DNA of 64,000 nt from Dickeya zeae NCPPB 2538 (GTDB taxonomy: Bacteria; Pseudomonadota; Gammaproteobacteria; Enterobacterales; Enterobacteriaceae), in the NCBI RefSeq assembly GCF_000406165.1, contig NZ_CM001977.1:1-64000 (forward strand). Reading direction: 5' to 3'. The position numbers were made by a program, and so were the translations under genes. The notes under the pieces are model-generated. The model worked only from the letters and a program-made list of their open reading frames with translations, searched no databases and was not told the DNA's origin. This document shows positions 44,340-54,439 of this stretch, in pieces (within the stretch, counting starts at the first letter, position 1; every line of letters begins with the position of its first letter).

Positions 44340-45376
44340 GCGACCTCCTGCCCGACCGGGCGGGTGTGTTTGTCTTTTACCGGCGACCAGCCCAGTGCGG
44401 GGGCAACCCGGGTGGCAATCAACTCCAGCGAGCGCAGAATATGGGCGTGTGGCGGGTCGATAGAATGTACCTGAAACGCCAGATCAGTGGTCCGCGCCAG
44501 CGAGCTGTCCGCCTGTAGTGAGGCGATGACGTCTTCCGGTGTGCCAACGTGGCTGTCGAATGAGGCGATCAGTTCCTCTACCGAGCCGTTACGTGCCGGA
44601 CGGCCCAACTGCGCCAGCCGGGCAGCGGAACGTTGCAGCCCGGTTTGCGCCAGTTGCAGCGCCAGCGCCCAGTCATCGGCGACGAACACACTGCGCGAAC
44701 CCATGATGCGCGGTGTGACGCCGGACGGCAGCGCCTCCAGATAGGCGTCGATCATCGGGTTTTGCAGGTCGGCCAGCGTGGCATCCGGGAAAGCCTCCGG
44801 GCGCGGCTGGGTACGGGACAGCATCAGCCCATCGCCCGCGCGACCGGCACGGATAGCGCCTTCCACGGAAAACGTGGCCTGCCATACGCGGCGATTGAGG
44901 TGCGCAGCGGCCGGATAAAGCTGATTGCCGTCAGCGCTCAGCGGTTCGCCCGCCCAGGCGGCGCGTACCTGTGCCAGATAGCGGCCCAGAATCTCGCCGC
45001 GCTGTTCGCTGTTATGGCCGAACGCGGCGAACGATGACGGCGTGCCGCCGGAGCCGATACCGACTTCCAGCCGACCGTTGCTGAGCAGGTCAAGTACGGC
45101 GGTATCTTCTGCCACCCGCAACGGGTGTTCCATCGGCAGGGTAATCACCCCAGTACCAAGCCGAATACGTTGGGTCTGCGCGGCGACTTGCGCCAGAAAC
45201 ACCAACGGTGACGGCAGGCCGCCTTCATCGGCGTGAAAGTGATGCTGGGCCACCCAGGCACTGTCGAAGCCCAGTTGCTCAGCGTTGATGATTTGTTCGG
45301 CGGCTAAGCGGTAACGTTGCCCGGCGGGCACGTCATCCAGCAAGCGGGTGAAAAACCCCAGACGTTTTTGAGTCAT
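44336..45376 (-). CDS. LLM-class (luciferase-like) flavin-dependent oxidoreductase
   Basis: The 346-aa translation MTQKRLGFFTRLL...GFDSAWVAQHHF... has the typical LLM TIM-barrel N-terminus. Confidence 0.82.
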   Translation of the reverse strand: MTQKRLGFFTRLLDDVPAGQRYRLAAEQIINAEQLGFDSAWVAQHHFHADEGGLPSPLVFLAQVAAQTQRIRLGTGVITLPMEHPLRVAEDTAVLDLLSNGRLEVGIGSGGTPSSFAAFGHNSEQRGEILGRYLAQVRAAWAGEPLSADGNQLYPAAAHLNRRVWQATFSVEGAIRAGRAGDGLMLSRTQPRPEAFPDATLADLQNPMIDAYLEALPSGVTPRIMGSRSVFVADDWALALQLAQTGLQRSAARLAQLGRPARNGSVEELIASFDSHVGTPEDVIASLQADSSLARTTDLAFQVHSIDPPHAHILRSLELIATRVAPALGWSPVKDKHTRPVGQEVA

Positions 45377-45400
45377 GATTAAATCCTTGGTTTATGTCCC

Positions 45401-47047
45401 TTAAGAGAGGTGGTGCTGACCGGGAATCGCCTCGATCAGTTCCTGGGTATAACGTTCAGCCGGTTGGGCAAAAATGCGCTCGACCGGCCCGGACTCCACC
45501 TGTTTGCCGTGGTACAGCACGGAAACGGTATCGGCTATCTGCCGTACCACGGCGAGGTCGTGGGAAATAAACAGGTAGGTCAGCCCCAGCGAGGCTTGTA
45601 ACTCGTCCAACAGGCGCAGGATTTGCGCTTGTACGGTGACATCCAGCGCGGAGACCGCTTCGTCCAGCACCAGCACTTTCGGCTCCAGCACCAGCGCGCG
45701 AGCGATGGCGACCCGCTGACGCTGGCCGCCGGACAGTTCTGCCGGACGGCGTTGCAGTAGCGAGGCAGGCAGCGCCACCCGTTCGAACATCTCATGAACC
45801 CGGCTGGCCCGTTCTGTGCGGGAGTGGCGGTTAAAGTTGCGCAGCGGTTCTTCCACGATATCGAACAAGCGCTGTGACGGGTCGAGTGAGCTAAACGGAT
45901 TTTGATAAACCAGCTGAATGGTCTGGCGGAATTGACGTAGCGCTTCGCCGCGCAGTGGCGTCATGTCGGTGCCGTCGATCAGAATGCGGCCGGCCGTTGG
46001 GCGCTGGAAGCCAAGAATCAGGCGCGCGGTAGTGGTCTTGCCGGAGCCGGACTCGCCGACAATGGCGTGTGTGGTGCCGGGAGCCACGCTAAACGACACC
46101 GTATCCACCGCCCTAAATCGCTGCTTATGGTCGCCCGCCAGTGGGAATTCCTGTACTAACTGTTCCACCTGTACCATCGGCTGACCGGTGGCAGGCCGGT
46201 TCAGCGCTACACGTGATGGGCGGTGAGTCAGCGAGGGGATGTTGGCCAGCAGGGTGCGGGCGTACTGGCTTTGCGGCGCACTCAGCACCTGTCGGGCTGG
46301 CCCCTGCTCCTGAATATAACCTTTCTGGAACACCAGCAGGCGGTCGGCGCGCTCGGCCGCCACCCGGAGATCGTGGGTGACGAACAAAATGGCGGTGTTG
46401 TTCTCCCGGCGCAGTTCGTCCAACAGGTCGAGAATGCGTTTTTGCACCGTGACATCCAGCGCGCTGGTGGGTTCGTCGGCGATGATCAATGCCGGTTTCA
46501 AGGCGATGGCGATAGCGATCAGCACCCGCTGTTTCATGCCACCGGAGAGCTCGTGCGGGTACTGGCTGGCGCGCAGCTCCGGTCTGCTCAGCCCGACGCG
46601 CGTTAACAGTGTCAGCGTTTGCTGGCGCAGGCTACGACGATCGCTTTTTGGGTGTAGCCGTAAAATCTCCTCCACCTGCTCGCCGATGGTTTTCACCGGG
46701 TTGAGCGAATTGCCGGGGTCTTGCGGCACCAGGCTGACCACCCGGCCACGAATGCTGTCCAGTCGTGATGGCGACCATCGGCTAATCTCGGTGCCGTTAA
46801 GGCGAATGGCTCCACGCGTCAGGCGGCCGTTGTGCGCCAGCAGGCCGATCACCGCCTGTGCGGTGGTAGTTTTGCCGGAACCGGACTCTCCTACCAGCGC
46901 CACCACTTCGCCGGACTGAATGACGAAGGACACCCCTTCCACCACCGTGCGTTCACCGTCGTCGTCACGGTAGGCGATGGCGACATCTTCCAGCTCCAGC
47001 ACCGGTGTGGCCGGGCTGTGTTGTAAACTCAGCGGCAGGCTCATCGC
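45401..47047 (-). CDS. ABC transporter ATP-binding protein with two fused ATPase domains (peptide/opine-type)
   Basis: Two Walker A motifs (GESGSGKTT twice) and two signature motifs (LSGGMKQR, LSGGQRQR). The start at MSLPLSL overlaps the upstream permease stop. Confidence 0.88.
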   Translation of the reverse strand, partial: AMSLPLSLQHSPATPVLELEDVAIAYRDDDGERTVVEGVSFVIQSGEVVALVGESGSGKTTTAQAVIGLLAHNGRLTRGAIRLNGTEISRWSPSRLDSIRGRVVSLVPQDPGNSLNPVKTIGEQVEEILRLHPKSDRRSLRQQTLTLLTRVGLSRPELRASQYPHELSGGMKQRVLIAIAIALKPALIIADEPTSALDVTVQKRILDLLDELRRENNTAILFVTHDLRVAAERADRLLVFQKGYIQEQGPARQVLSAPQSQYARTLLANIPSLTHRPSRVALNRPATGQPMVQVEQLVQEFPLAGDHKQRFRAVDTVSFSVAPGTTHAIVGESGSGKTTTARLILGFQRPTAGRILIDGTDMTPLRGEALRQFRQTIQLVYQNPFSSLDPSQRLFDIVEEPLRNFNRHSRTERASRVHEMFERVALPASLLQRRPAELSGGQRQRVAIARALVLEPKVLVLDEAVSALDVTVQAQILRLLDELQASLGLTYLFISHDLAVVRQIADTVSVLYHGKQVESGPVERIFAQPAERYTQELIEAIPGQHHLS

Positions 47048-47901
47048 GTTGGCCTCCGAATAGACTGGCTGATGCGATTGGTCGCCAGCACCACCGCGAC
47101 CACCAGCAGGCCGGGGAAGGTGGTCAGCCACCAGGCGGTGGCCAGATAATTACGGCCTTCGGCGATAAGCAATCCCCATTCCGGCGTCGGTGGTGGTGCG
47201 CCATAGCCGAGAAAACTCAGCGTGGCGAGTGCCAGAATCGCGCTGCCGAATTGCAACGCGGCGAATGCCAGTACGCTGGTGAGGGAGTTAGGCAGAATGT
47301 GACGCCACAGCACGCCCAAGAAGGTGCCACCGCTGCCAAACGCCGCTTCAACATAATCGCTGCGGCGTACGCGCAGCACTTCCGCACGTACCAGCCGGGT
47401 AAAATTCGCCACCGACGTCACGCCCACCGCGATAGCCGCATGCAGATTGCCAAACCCCAGCAGGATGATGACGCTCAGCGCCAGCAACAAGCCGGGAATA
47501 GCCAGTAGCACATCGACGCTGCGCATCACCACCGTATCCAGCTTTCCACCCACCGCACCTGCCAGCAGCCCCAGCAGGCTACCGAGTACCAAACCCAGCG
47601 AGACGGCCACCACCGCGCCAGAGAGTGAGTGCGCCGAGCCATAGACGATACGGGTGTAGAGGTCTCGCCCCAGTTGGTCGGTGCCTAGCAGGTACGTCCC
47701 ACCCGGTGCCAGCCGTTGTGCGCCCGGCACACCCTCAATCGGTGACACATGGGTAAACAGGCTGGGGAACAGCGCCCACAGCGACACTGTCATTAGCACC
47801 AGCCAGGCGAGCACCAGACCGGGTTGCGCGGCATAACGGCGCAGACGCGGTGTTTTGCGCAGCAGCGGAAAGGTGATTTTTTCCAGTTGAATGCTCGCCA
47901 T
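47041..47901 (-). CDS. ABC transporter permease (DppC/OppC-like)
   Basis: The 286-aa translation is hydrophobic with a BPD-transporter-like EAA region (EAAFGSGGT). Confidence 0.85.
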   Translation of the reverse strand: MASIQLEKITFPLLRKTPRLRRYAAQPGLVLAWLVLMTVSLWALFPSLFTHVSPIEGVPGAQRLAPGGTYLLGTDQLGRDLYTRIVYGSAHSLSGAVVAVSLGLVLGSLLGLLAGAVGGKLDTVVMRSVDVLLAIPGLLLALSVIILLGFGNLHAAIAVGVTSVANFTRLVRAEVLRVRRSDYVEAAFGSGGTFLGVLWRHILPNSLTSVLAFAALQFGSAILALATLSFLGYGAPPPTPEWGLLIAEGRNYLATAWWLTTFPGLLVVAVVLATNRISQSIRRPTR

Positions 47902-47902
47902 A

Positions 47903-48844
47903 TCACACCTCCAATGCGGTTTTCAGCCGCGGATCAAGCAACGGGTAGAGCAGGTCGACCAGCAGGTTGACGACCACAAAAGCGGTGGCGGAAATCAGCA
48001 CGATGGCCTGCAACACGCTGGCGTCCTGCGTGTTGACCGCTTCCTGCGTTAACTGCCCCAGTCCGCTGCGGCCAAACACGGTTTCAGTGATGAGTGCACC
48101 AGCGATTAATTCGCCCAGTAGCAGACCTGCCAGCGTCAGTGCAGGCAGTACGGCGTTGCGCGCCACATGACGCCATAACACACTCTGACGACTCAGGCCT
48201 TTGGCGCGCGCCACCGCCACGAACGGTTGTGCCAGTACCTGATCGATGCTGCGCATCAATACCTGAGCAATCGGGGCGGCAATCGGTACGGAGAGTGTCA
48301 GGACTGGCAAAACTAGTCCTTCCCATTCGCCGGGATTGATCACCGAAATCCAGCCCAGCCGGAAGGAAAACACCTGGATCAATACGATGCCGAGCCAAAA
48401 CGTGGGGATGGATATCAGCAGCGACGGTACGGACTGAAAGAGCTGGCGCAGCCAGGCGAATGGGGCCAGCGCCGAGAGAAACGCCAGCGTGATCGCCAGC
48501 AGCAACGCCGCACCGAACCCCAGCACCGCCAGCAGCAAGGTGGGGGGCAGGTTGGTTGCCAGTAACTCGCTGACGGGCAACCCGGCCTGCAATGACAGCC
48601 CGAAGTCGCCGTGCAGCAGGCGTGACAGTGACGCTGCATACTGGGTCAGCAACGGCACGTCGGCACCGTAGGCCTGTCGCAATTGCGCGATTTGGCTGGC
48701 GCTGAGTCCCAGCTCCGGGTTCATGAATTTGATCAGCACCGCGTCACCCGGCAGTGCCTGCAGCAGCATGAACGACAAGGTAAATGCCGCCCACAGCACC
48801 AGCAGTGCATGTCCGAGGCGTGTCGCCAGATAGGCTATGCGCAT
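47903..48844 (-). CDS. ABC transporter permease (DppB/OppB-like)
   Basis: The 313-aa translation is hydrophobic. It ends 2 nt before the next permease. Confidence 0.85.
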   Translation of the reverse strand: MRIAYLATRLGHALLVLWAAFTLSFMLLQALPGDAVLIKFMNPELGLSASQIAQLRQAYGADVPLLTQYAASLSRLLHGDFGLSLQAGLPVSELLATNLPPTLLLAVLGFGAALLLAITLAFLSALAPFAWLRQLFQSVPSLLISIPTFWLGIVLIQVFSFRLGWISVINPGEWEGLVLPVLTLSVPIAAPIAQVLMRSIDQVLAQPFVAVARAKGLSRQSVLWRHVARNAVLPALTLAGLLLGELIAGALITETVFGRSGLGQLTQEAVNTQDASVLQAIVLISATAFVVVNLLVDLLYPLLDPRLKTALEV

Positions 48845-48871
48845 GTTTTGCCCTCCGTCGCCGATGCCCGG

Positions 48872-50515
48872 TTACTTATCCAGCCAGGTGTTGTAGAAAC
48901 TGGGGCGTCCCACCGCCTCAAAGCCTATGCCTTTCGTGCTGGCGCGACCGGCGAACACCTGCGGCTCTTCAAAAATCGGAATCACGTATGCCTTATCGAT
49001 CAGGTAGTTCTGTACTTCGCCGACCAGCTCCAGCCGTTTGTTGCGGTCGGTCGCGGAGGCGATGCCATCCAACAGGGTATTAAGGTGGGTGTCTTCAAAG
49101 GTTTGTACCTTGTCGCTGGCTCCGCCTTTTTGCAGCAGCACATTGCGCAAGGTGGGGTAATACTGGCTTTTCAGCACATCCGGGTCCGCCCGGCCCACCA
49201 TGCCCGGCGATACGCCGGTTTTCAGCGGGTCGAGACTATCGACGGTTTTGGTGCCCGCATCGCCTGCCAGTACGTTCAATTTCACGCCCACTTTGGCCCA
49301 CTGCTGCGCCACCAACTGCAACATCTCTTTGTTCTGCGGCTGTGGCGGCGATTCGTAGGCGGTCAACACCAGCGATTGGCCGTCTTTCTGTCGGACGCCC
49401 TGCGCACCGATTTTCCAGCCCGCGTCGTCCAGCAGACGGGCGGCGGCGGCTGGGTCGAACGTCAGCTTATCGGACAGGTTGATGTAACCGGCGGCGGTTT
49501 TCGCCAGTACCGAGGTGGCTTGTGGGTAATTATTGGAATACAGCGTCTGGATGATTTCTTTGGGGTTGGTGGCGTCACTCAGTGCCTGACGCACGCGGAT
49601 ATCCGCCACCAGCGGGTTATCCGGGCGGAAGTTGATACTGTTATTCACCCCGCGGGTCGGGGCGGCGTAGATCCGAATCCCCTCACTCTGCACCCGTTGT
49701 TCGTCATAGGCCTGGATCTGACGGATAAAATCCGCCTGACCGGAGACCAGTGCACCAATGCGCACACTGTCTTCCGGCGTCACCAGATAGGTGATGCCAT
49801 CCAGATAAGGGCGGCCCTGATGGGCAAAATTCACCGGTGCCCAGTGGTAATCCTTACGGGCCACCAGTTTCAGTTCGCGCCCCGGTTTTTCGCTGCTGAC
49901 CACAAATGGGCCGGAGCCGATGATGTGGGTCGCATCGCCTAGCTGGTTGAAATTACGGGCTAGCGTACTCAGCGACACCAGACCTGAACCGATAGCGGAG
50001 GTGCCTTGCAGGAAACCGGGCGACGGTTTTTTGAAGTAGAACTTCACCGTCAGCGGGTCGATCACTTCGCTGCGCTGGTAGTTGTTGATGACTTCGGAAA
50101 TCGGCTGGTTGAGTTCTTTGTTGCCCAGCCCATAGGTGTCGAAATTTTTAGCGACGGCGTTGGCATCCAGCGGTGTGCCGTCAGAGAAAGTGACGCCAGG
50201 GCGTAACCGGAATGTGTATTCGGTGCTGTCGGCGTTAATGGTCCAGGATTCTGCAATCCAGGGTTCGATGTCCAACGTTTCCGGGTTCTGATACGTCAGC
50301 TTATCGGTGATTTGGTTGAGGATACCGCCATTAGGATAAAAACCGCCTGCGGGCGGATACAAATTGGTGTGTGGTTGTTGTTCCAGATAGATCAAGGTGC
50401 CGCCAGTTTTTGGCGCAACGTCGGCCGCCATCGCCTGTACGCCATTTCCCAGTAGTGCGAATGAAACAAGCAGACCCATTCCCCGCTTCTGTTGAGCGTT
50501 CAAGAAACCAGACAT
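48872..50515 (-). CDS. ABC transporter substrate-binding protein, family 5 (peptide/nickel/opine type)
   Basis: The 547-aa translation has a signal peptide. Its size and pattern fit DppA/OppA/NikA-class binding proteins. Confidence 0.88.
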   Translation of the reverse strand: MSGFLNAQQKRGMGLLVSFALLGNGVQAMAADVAPKTGGTLIYLEQQPHTNLYPPAGGFYPNGGILNQITDKLTYQNPETLDIEPWIAESWTINADSTEYTFRLRPGVTFSDGTPLDANAVAKNFDTYGLGNKELNQPISEVINNYQRSEVIDPLTVKFYFKKPSPGFLQGTSAIGSGLVSLSTLARNFNQLGDATHIIGSGPFVVSSEKPGRELKLVARKDYHWAPVNFAHQGRPYLDGITYLVTPEDSVRIGALVSGQADFIRQIQAYDEQRVQSEGIRIYAAPTRGVNNSINFRPDNPLVADIRVRQALSDATNPKEIIQTLYSNNYPQATSVLAKTAAGYINLSDKLTFDPAAAARLLDDAGWKIGAQGVRQKDGQSLVLTAYESPPQPQNKEMLQLVAQQWAKVGVKLNVLAGDAGTKTVDSLDPLKTGVSPGMVGRADPDVLKSQYYPTLRNVLLQKGGASDKVQTFEDTHLNTLLDGIASATDRNKRLELVGEVQNYLIDKAYVIPIFEEPQVFAGRASTKGIGFEAVGRPSFYNTWLDK

Positions 50516-50842
50516 GGTTTTTTCCTTTTAGTTATCAGAGTGATGCCAGCCACTGTGCAGGTGACGTCAGGGCCGGAAAAAGGCTGTCATACAAAAGGGA
50601 TACTTCCACAGGCATGGCAAAACCACAAAGTACAAAACCGGCAATAAATATCTGCTTTTGGGGTAAGTCAAGGCGGGCAGGTGAAGGGCGAACACGACGT
50701 TTTTTATTTCATAAAATTTGAAAGATATCTGCAAATAAACCCGTTTTTAACGAGCTGATAACAGGTCTATTATCACTTTCATCGAAGGCGATAACGCCTC
50801 CAGTAAAGAACACTAACCGAATACACTGTGAAGGATATAACC

Positions 50843-51094
50843 ATGAACGCTATCAAAAATATTGCTGTAGTTATCGCACTGGCTACCGTTTCTTTCGGCT
50901 CTTTCGCGGCGACTGAAGTACAGCAGTCTGTCAGTCAGTCTGTCGGTTCTGTCAGCGCCACGGCGAATACGCTGGACGGCCTGCAGGCTAAGCTGTCTGA
51001 AAAAGCGGATGCCGCCGGTGCTAAATCGTTCCGCATCATCTCTGCCACCAGCAGCGATAACCAGTTGCAAGGCGTCGCTGAGCTGTACAACTAA
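50843..51094 (+). CDS. YdgH/BhsA/McbA-like (DUF1471) small periplasmic stress protein
   Basis: The translation is MNAIKNIAVVIALATVSFGSFAATEV...GAKSFRIISATSSDNQLQGVAELYN, a signal peptide plus the DUF1471 C-terminal pattern. The ATG at 50843 is preferred. Confidence 0.6.
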   Translation: MNAIKNIAVVIALATVSFGSFAATEVQQSVSQSVGSVSATANTLDGLQAKLSEKADAAGAKSFRIISATSSDNQLQGVAELYN

Positions 51095-51146
51095 TAACGA
51101 GAGATATCAGACCGATATCACGCGTAACGAGAGCCGCCTTTATGAA

Positions 51147-51195
51147 CTGCACCCCAAAAGTTGGATACCCAACTCAGTAAGGTGCGGTTTTTTTT
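51147..51195 (+). terminator. Rho-independent terminator (CTGCACC ... GGTGCGG with a nested AGTTGG/CCAACT hairpin, followed by T8)
   Basis: Seen directly about 55 nt after the stop of the small stress-protein gene. Confidence 0.6.
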
Positions 51196-51301
51196 ACGTG
51201 CGTGATACCGCTTGTATGAGCTCGCAGGTTAGCGCGCTATCCGCCATGTGCTCAATCGCGCGTTTTGCCTGTGCGGGCCGGGCTGTTGCATCAGCTGGCT
51301 G

Positions 51302-52576
51302 TTAGCGGAAATTGAACTGCTCGAAATGCAACGCGGTCTGATCAAGGTGTTGTTGCAGGTAGCGCCGCATGCCAATGGGCCCACAGAACCAGACCCCGGC
51401 GCAGTTGTCGCTGTTCATCGGCGCGGGGTCGAGTAACCCATCACGGTCGCGTACCAGGATGCGCAGATCGATGTCTGCCTCGCGTGCCAGTGTTTCCAGC
51501 GTATCTTGGTGGATAAGGTCGCTTTCACGATTAACGCAATAAAAGAGCGTGGTGTTGCGCTGCTGTTGATGGCTGGTGCGTAGCTGATGCAGCCAGGACA
51601 GGAACGGTGTAATGCCAATGCCCCCAGCGACCCAGTAGGTTTTTTTATCGGGGTGCTCCGGCAGGGTGAATTCACCATAAGGGCCTTCCATCACCACGGA
51701 TGTTCCCACTAGATTTGGGTGGTTCACCAGTGACGTAGTGTAGTCTCCCAGAGCTTTGATGGTGAGTGCCAGCGTATGGTTGTCCGCATCGTACCGGCTG
51801 ACGGTAAACGGGTGTTTGCCTTCTTTCGGATCGGTGGTCAGAAAAACAAATTTGCCAGCCTGATAGCGTTGAGAAAAAGATGCCGGAGTACTGAGGGTTA
51901 ATTCTAGCGTTGACTCGTTTATTTTGCTGACGGCGGTTATTTTTGCCGGAAAATGATTTTTTCTACCAATACGTCCGGCCAGCGAATAAATAATAATTAA
52001 CGAAGAAATAAAACATAACACCATGCAGGCGATGCCAAATGCCGTCCAGCGCATATCGCTGTTAATCATATAAAATGAATGAAGAATGCCCAGCAGCGCG
52101 ATAACCGCTCCCACTTTGTGAATGACACGGAAGTTTTTATAGGAAATCCATTTTATCAGGCTGATAGCAATAAAAAGTATCATGCAATAAAAGGATATTT
52201 CTCCCAGTTCATTCATAATGCCACGCAAGGGGTCAATCGGGTGTGGCTGGCGGCGTCCTGGTGCTATCCACTCCAGCGCGGCGGCTATTTTCGGCAATTT
52301 GGCAAAGAACCAGTGCTGCAGGGTAGCAACCCCTGCGCCGATGCCCAGCGATTTGTGGTACAGATACAGTTTATCCATGCCCCCCAGCCATTTCTCCAGA
52401 AATGCCGGATGGAGTGCCATGATAAGCAATCCAGTGATACAGAGTACGGCGATAAAACCCGTCAATTGAACCAGCATATTTCGCCAATAGATAAAGGCGG
52501 GTAAGGTGGCAATATCCGGTAAACTTAATACCCAGATGGCAAGACATGCCAGCAGTGACACGGTAATGAATTTCAT
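51302..52576 (-). CDS. Ferric-reductase-like transmembrane domain fused to an FAD/NAD(P)-binding oxidoreductase domain
   Basis: The 424-aa translation has an N-terminal multi-TM region with spaced His residues, then FNR-like motifs (HPFTVS ... GGIGITPF). Confidence 0.75.
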   Translation of the reverse strand: MKFITVSLLACLAIWVLSLPDIATLPAFIYWRNMLVQLTGFIAVLCITGLLIMALHPAFLEKWLGGMDKLYLYHKSLGIGAGVATLQHWFFAKLPKIAAALEWIAPGRRQPHPIDPLRGIMNELGEISFYCMILFIAISLIKWISYKNFRVIHKVGAVIALLGILHSFYMINSDMRWTAFGIACMVLCFISSLIIIYSLAGRIGRKNHFPAKITAVSKINESTLELTLSTPASFSQRYQAGKFVFLTTDPKEGKHPFTVSRYDADNHTLALTIKALGDYTTSLVNHPNLVGTSVVMEGPYGEFTLPEHPDKKTYWVAGGIGITPFLSWLHQLRTSHQQQRNTTLFYCVNRESDLIHQDTLETLAREADIDLRILVRDRDGLLDPAPMNSDNCAGVWFCGPIGMRRYLQQHLDQTALHFEQFNFR

Positions 52577-53061
52577 GATGAAAAATCTCTGAATAATGTA
52601 TGGATGTATTTTTATTTTCAGGAAAATAAATCGGTTGGAAAATATATTAGCTATAGGATATTCATGGTTTATTAAATATAAATTTTGAAGAAAGAGAAGG
52701 CTATAGCGATATCCGTAAAGTTGTGTATTTGATTATGCTGCCTCTGAGAGGAGTATTTCAAATTGTAACATTGTGGAGGTGAAATAGGGAAAAGTGCAGA
52801 TTTCTCCACATTTTCATCATAATAAATAAAAGCGTGAAAATAATAATAACTCTTATTCCGTTCATTGTGCCCAATTAATAAAAATACTTATCATTGCGCA
52901 TGTTTTTCCGCCTGCCTCACAGTCGTTTCTTCGACTTACCGACCTTAAGCGCAAAGATAGCGCAGCGTGCAACAAGGCGAGGCGGTGTGGCAGCGCGAGT
53001 GCAGTGAGCTGTCTGAGTCTGTCAGGTGCTGACGCTGACGTGTGTTGAAATGCACTTTGTG

Positions 53062-53085
53062 ACAGGGCAGCGGTAGCTGCCCTGT
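53062..53085. repeat. Perfect 10-bp-stem hairpin (ACAGGGCAGC-ggta-GCTGCCCTGT) in a GC-rich non-coding segment downstream of avtA
   Basis: Seen directly. It has no adjacent U-run on either strand, so it is not a canonical terminator. Confidence 0.5.
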
Positions 53086-53179
53086 AGGTTAATCATGATT
53101 CATGGTTATTCTGGTGAGGGACATCAGCCAATATTTGACGGCGGCCATTGCCCGCTCGTAGCGAGCAGGGCCGTTGTGT

Positions 53180-54439
53180 TTAGCGAGCGCAGTCTTCTCT
53201 CCGCGCCCGCTCCACCTCTTCGGCCAGAATAGCGACGCCTTGCTCGATTTTTTCCGGCTCTGGCACGTAGTTCATGCGCAGGCACTGGTGAGCATGCGGC
53301 CATTCCTGTTCCAGACCGGGGAAGAAATAATGACCCGGCACCATCAGTACGCCGCGTTGCTTCAGCCGTTGGTACAGCACCTCGGTGGTGATGGGCAAGT
53401 CTTTGAACCACAGCCACAGGAAAATCGCGCCTTCTGGTTTGTGGATCAGGCACACTTCTGGCGGCAGGTAACGACGAATAATGGCGATGGTCTGCTCCAC
53501 CCGCTGGCGGTAGAACGGCCTGACCACATCGTTGGACAGCCGCAGCAGGTCGCCCCGCTGGATCATCTCGTGTGCCAGTGCCGGGCCGATGGAGCCGGGT
53601 GCCAGACTGACGATACCGTTCATGTTGCCGAGTGCTTCGATCACCTGCTCAGAACCGATAACGATACCGCAGCGGGAACCGGGCAAGCCGAGCTTGGACA
53701 GGCTCATACACAGAATAATGTTCGGATTCCACAGCGGCGTGGCATCGCTAAAGATAATGCCGGGGAACGGCACACCGTAAGCGTTGTCGATCACCAGCGG
53801 AATCTGGTGTTCACGGGCCAGCGCATCCAGATGCTGTACTTCGTCGTCGGTCAGCACATTGCCGGTGGGGTTGGTCGGCCGGGAAACGCAAATCATGCCG
53901 ATGTCATCGGTGATGTGCAGTTGCTCGAAGTCAACGTGGTATTTGAACTGCCCTTCCGGTAACAGCTCAATCTGCGGGCGAACAGAGACAAACATGTCCT
54001 CATCCAGCCCGGAATCAGCGTAACCGATGTACTCCGGTGCCAGTGGAAACAGCACCCGGCGATGTTGCCCCTCATCAGTACGACCGGCAAACAGATTGAA
54101 CAGGTAGAAAAATGCGCTCTGGCTGCCATTAGTCAGTGCAATATTCTGTGGTCCAATCTCCCAGCCAAACTGTTCACGCAGCAGGCTGGAGAGCGAATGC
54201 AGCAACACATCTTTGCCCTGCGGGCCATCGTAGTTGCACAGCGCATCGGTCAATTTTCCTTGATCCAACAGATCGCGACACAATTGCTGAAAATAGTCGT
54301 CCATTGCCGGGATATGGGCCGGATTGCCGCCGCCGAGCATGATGGCACCTGGGGTGCGTAACCCCTCGTTGAGGTCATCCATCAGTTGGGTAATACCAGC
54401 ATGGCGGGTAAATTTGTTGCCGAAACGGGAAAAGTTCAT
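53180..54439 (-). CDS. avtA: Valine--pyruvate aminotransferase
   Basis: The 419-aa translation is collinear with E. coli AvtA (FGNKFTRHAGITQLMDDLNEGLRTPGAIMLGGGNPA ... CMSLSKLGLPGSRCGI). Confidence 0.93.
   Translation of the reverse strand: MNFSRFGNKFTRHAGITQLMDDLNEGLRTPGAIMLGGGNPAHIPAMDDYFQQLCRDLLDQGKLTDALCNYDGPQGKDVLLHSLSSLLREQFGWEIGPQNIALTNGSQSAFFYLFNLFAGRTDEGQHRRVLFPLAPEYIGYADSGLDEDMFVSVRPQIELLPEGQFKYHVDFEQLHITDDIGMICVSRPTNPTGNVLTDDEVQHLDALAREHQIPLVIDNAYGVPFPGIIFSDATPLWNPNIILCMSLSKLGLPGSRCGIVIGSEQVIEALGNMNGIVSLAPGSIGPALAHEMIQRGDLLRLSNDVVRPFYRQRVEQTIAIIRRYLPPEVCLIHKPEGAIFLWLWFKDLPITTEVLYQRLKQRGVLMVPGHYFFPGLEQEWPHAHQCLRMNYVPEPEKIEQGVAILAEEVERARREDCAR

Noticed and set aside
48683-49942. 419-aa ORF antisense to the ABC substrate-binding protein gene
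   Set aside because: It is embedded in a well-supported minus-strand binding-protein gene and shows antisense compositional bias. No motif was recognised.
53174-53962. 262-aa ORF antisense to avtA
   Set aside because: It is embedded in avtA, which is collinear with E. coli AvtA.
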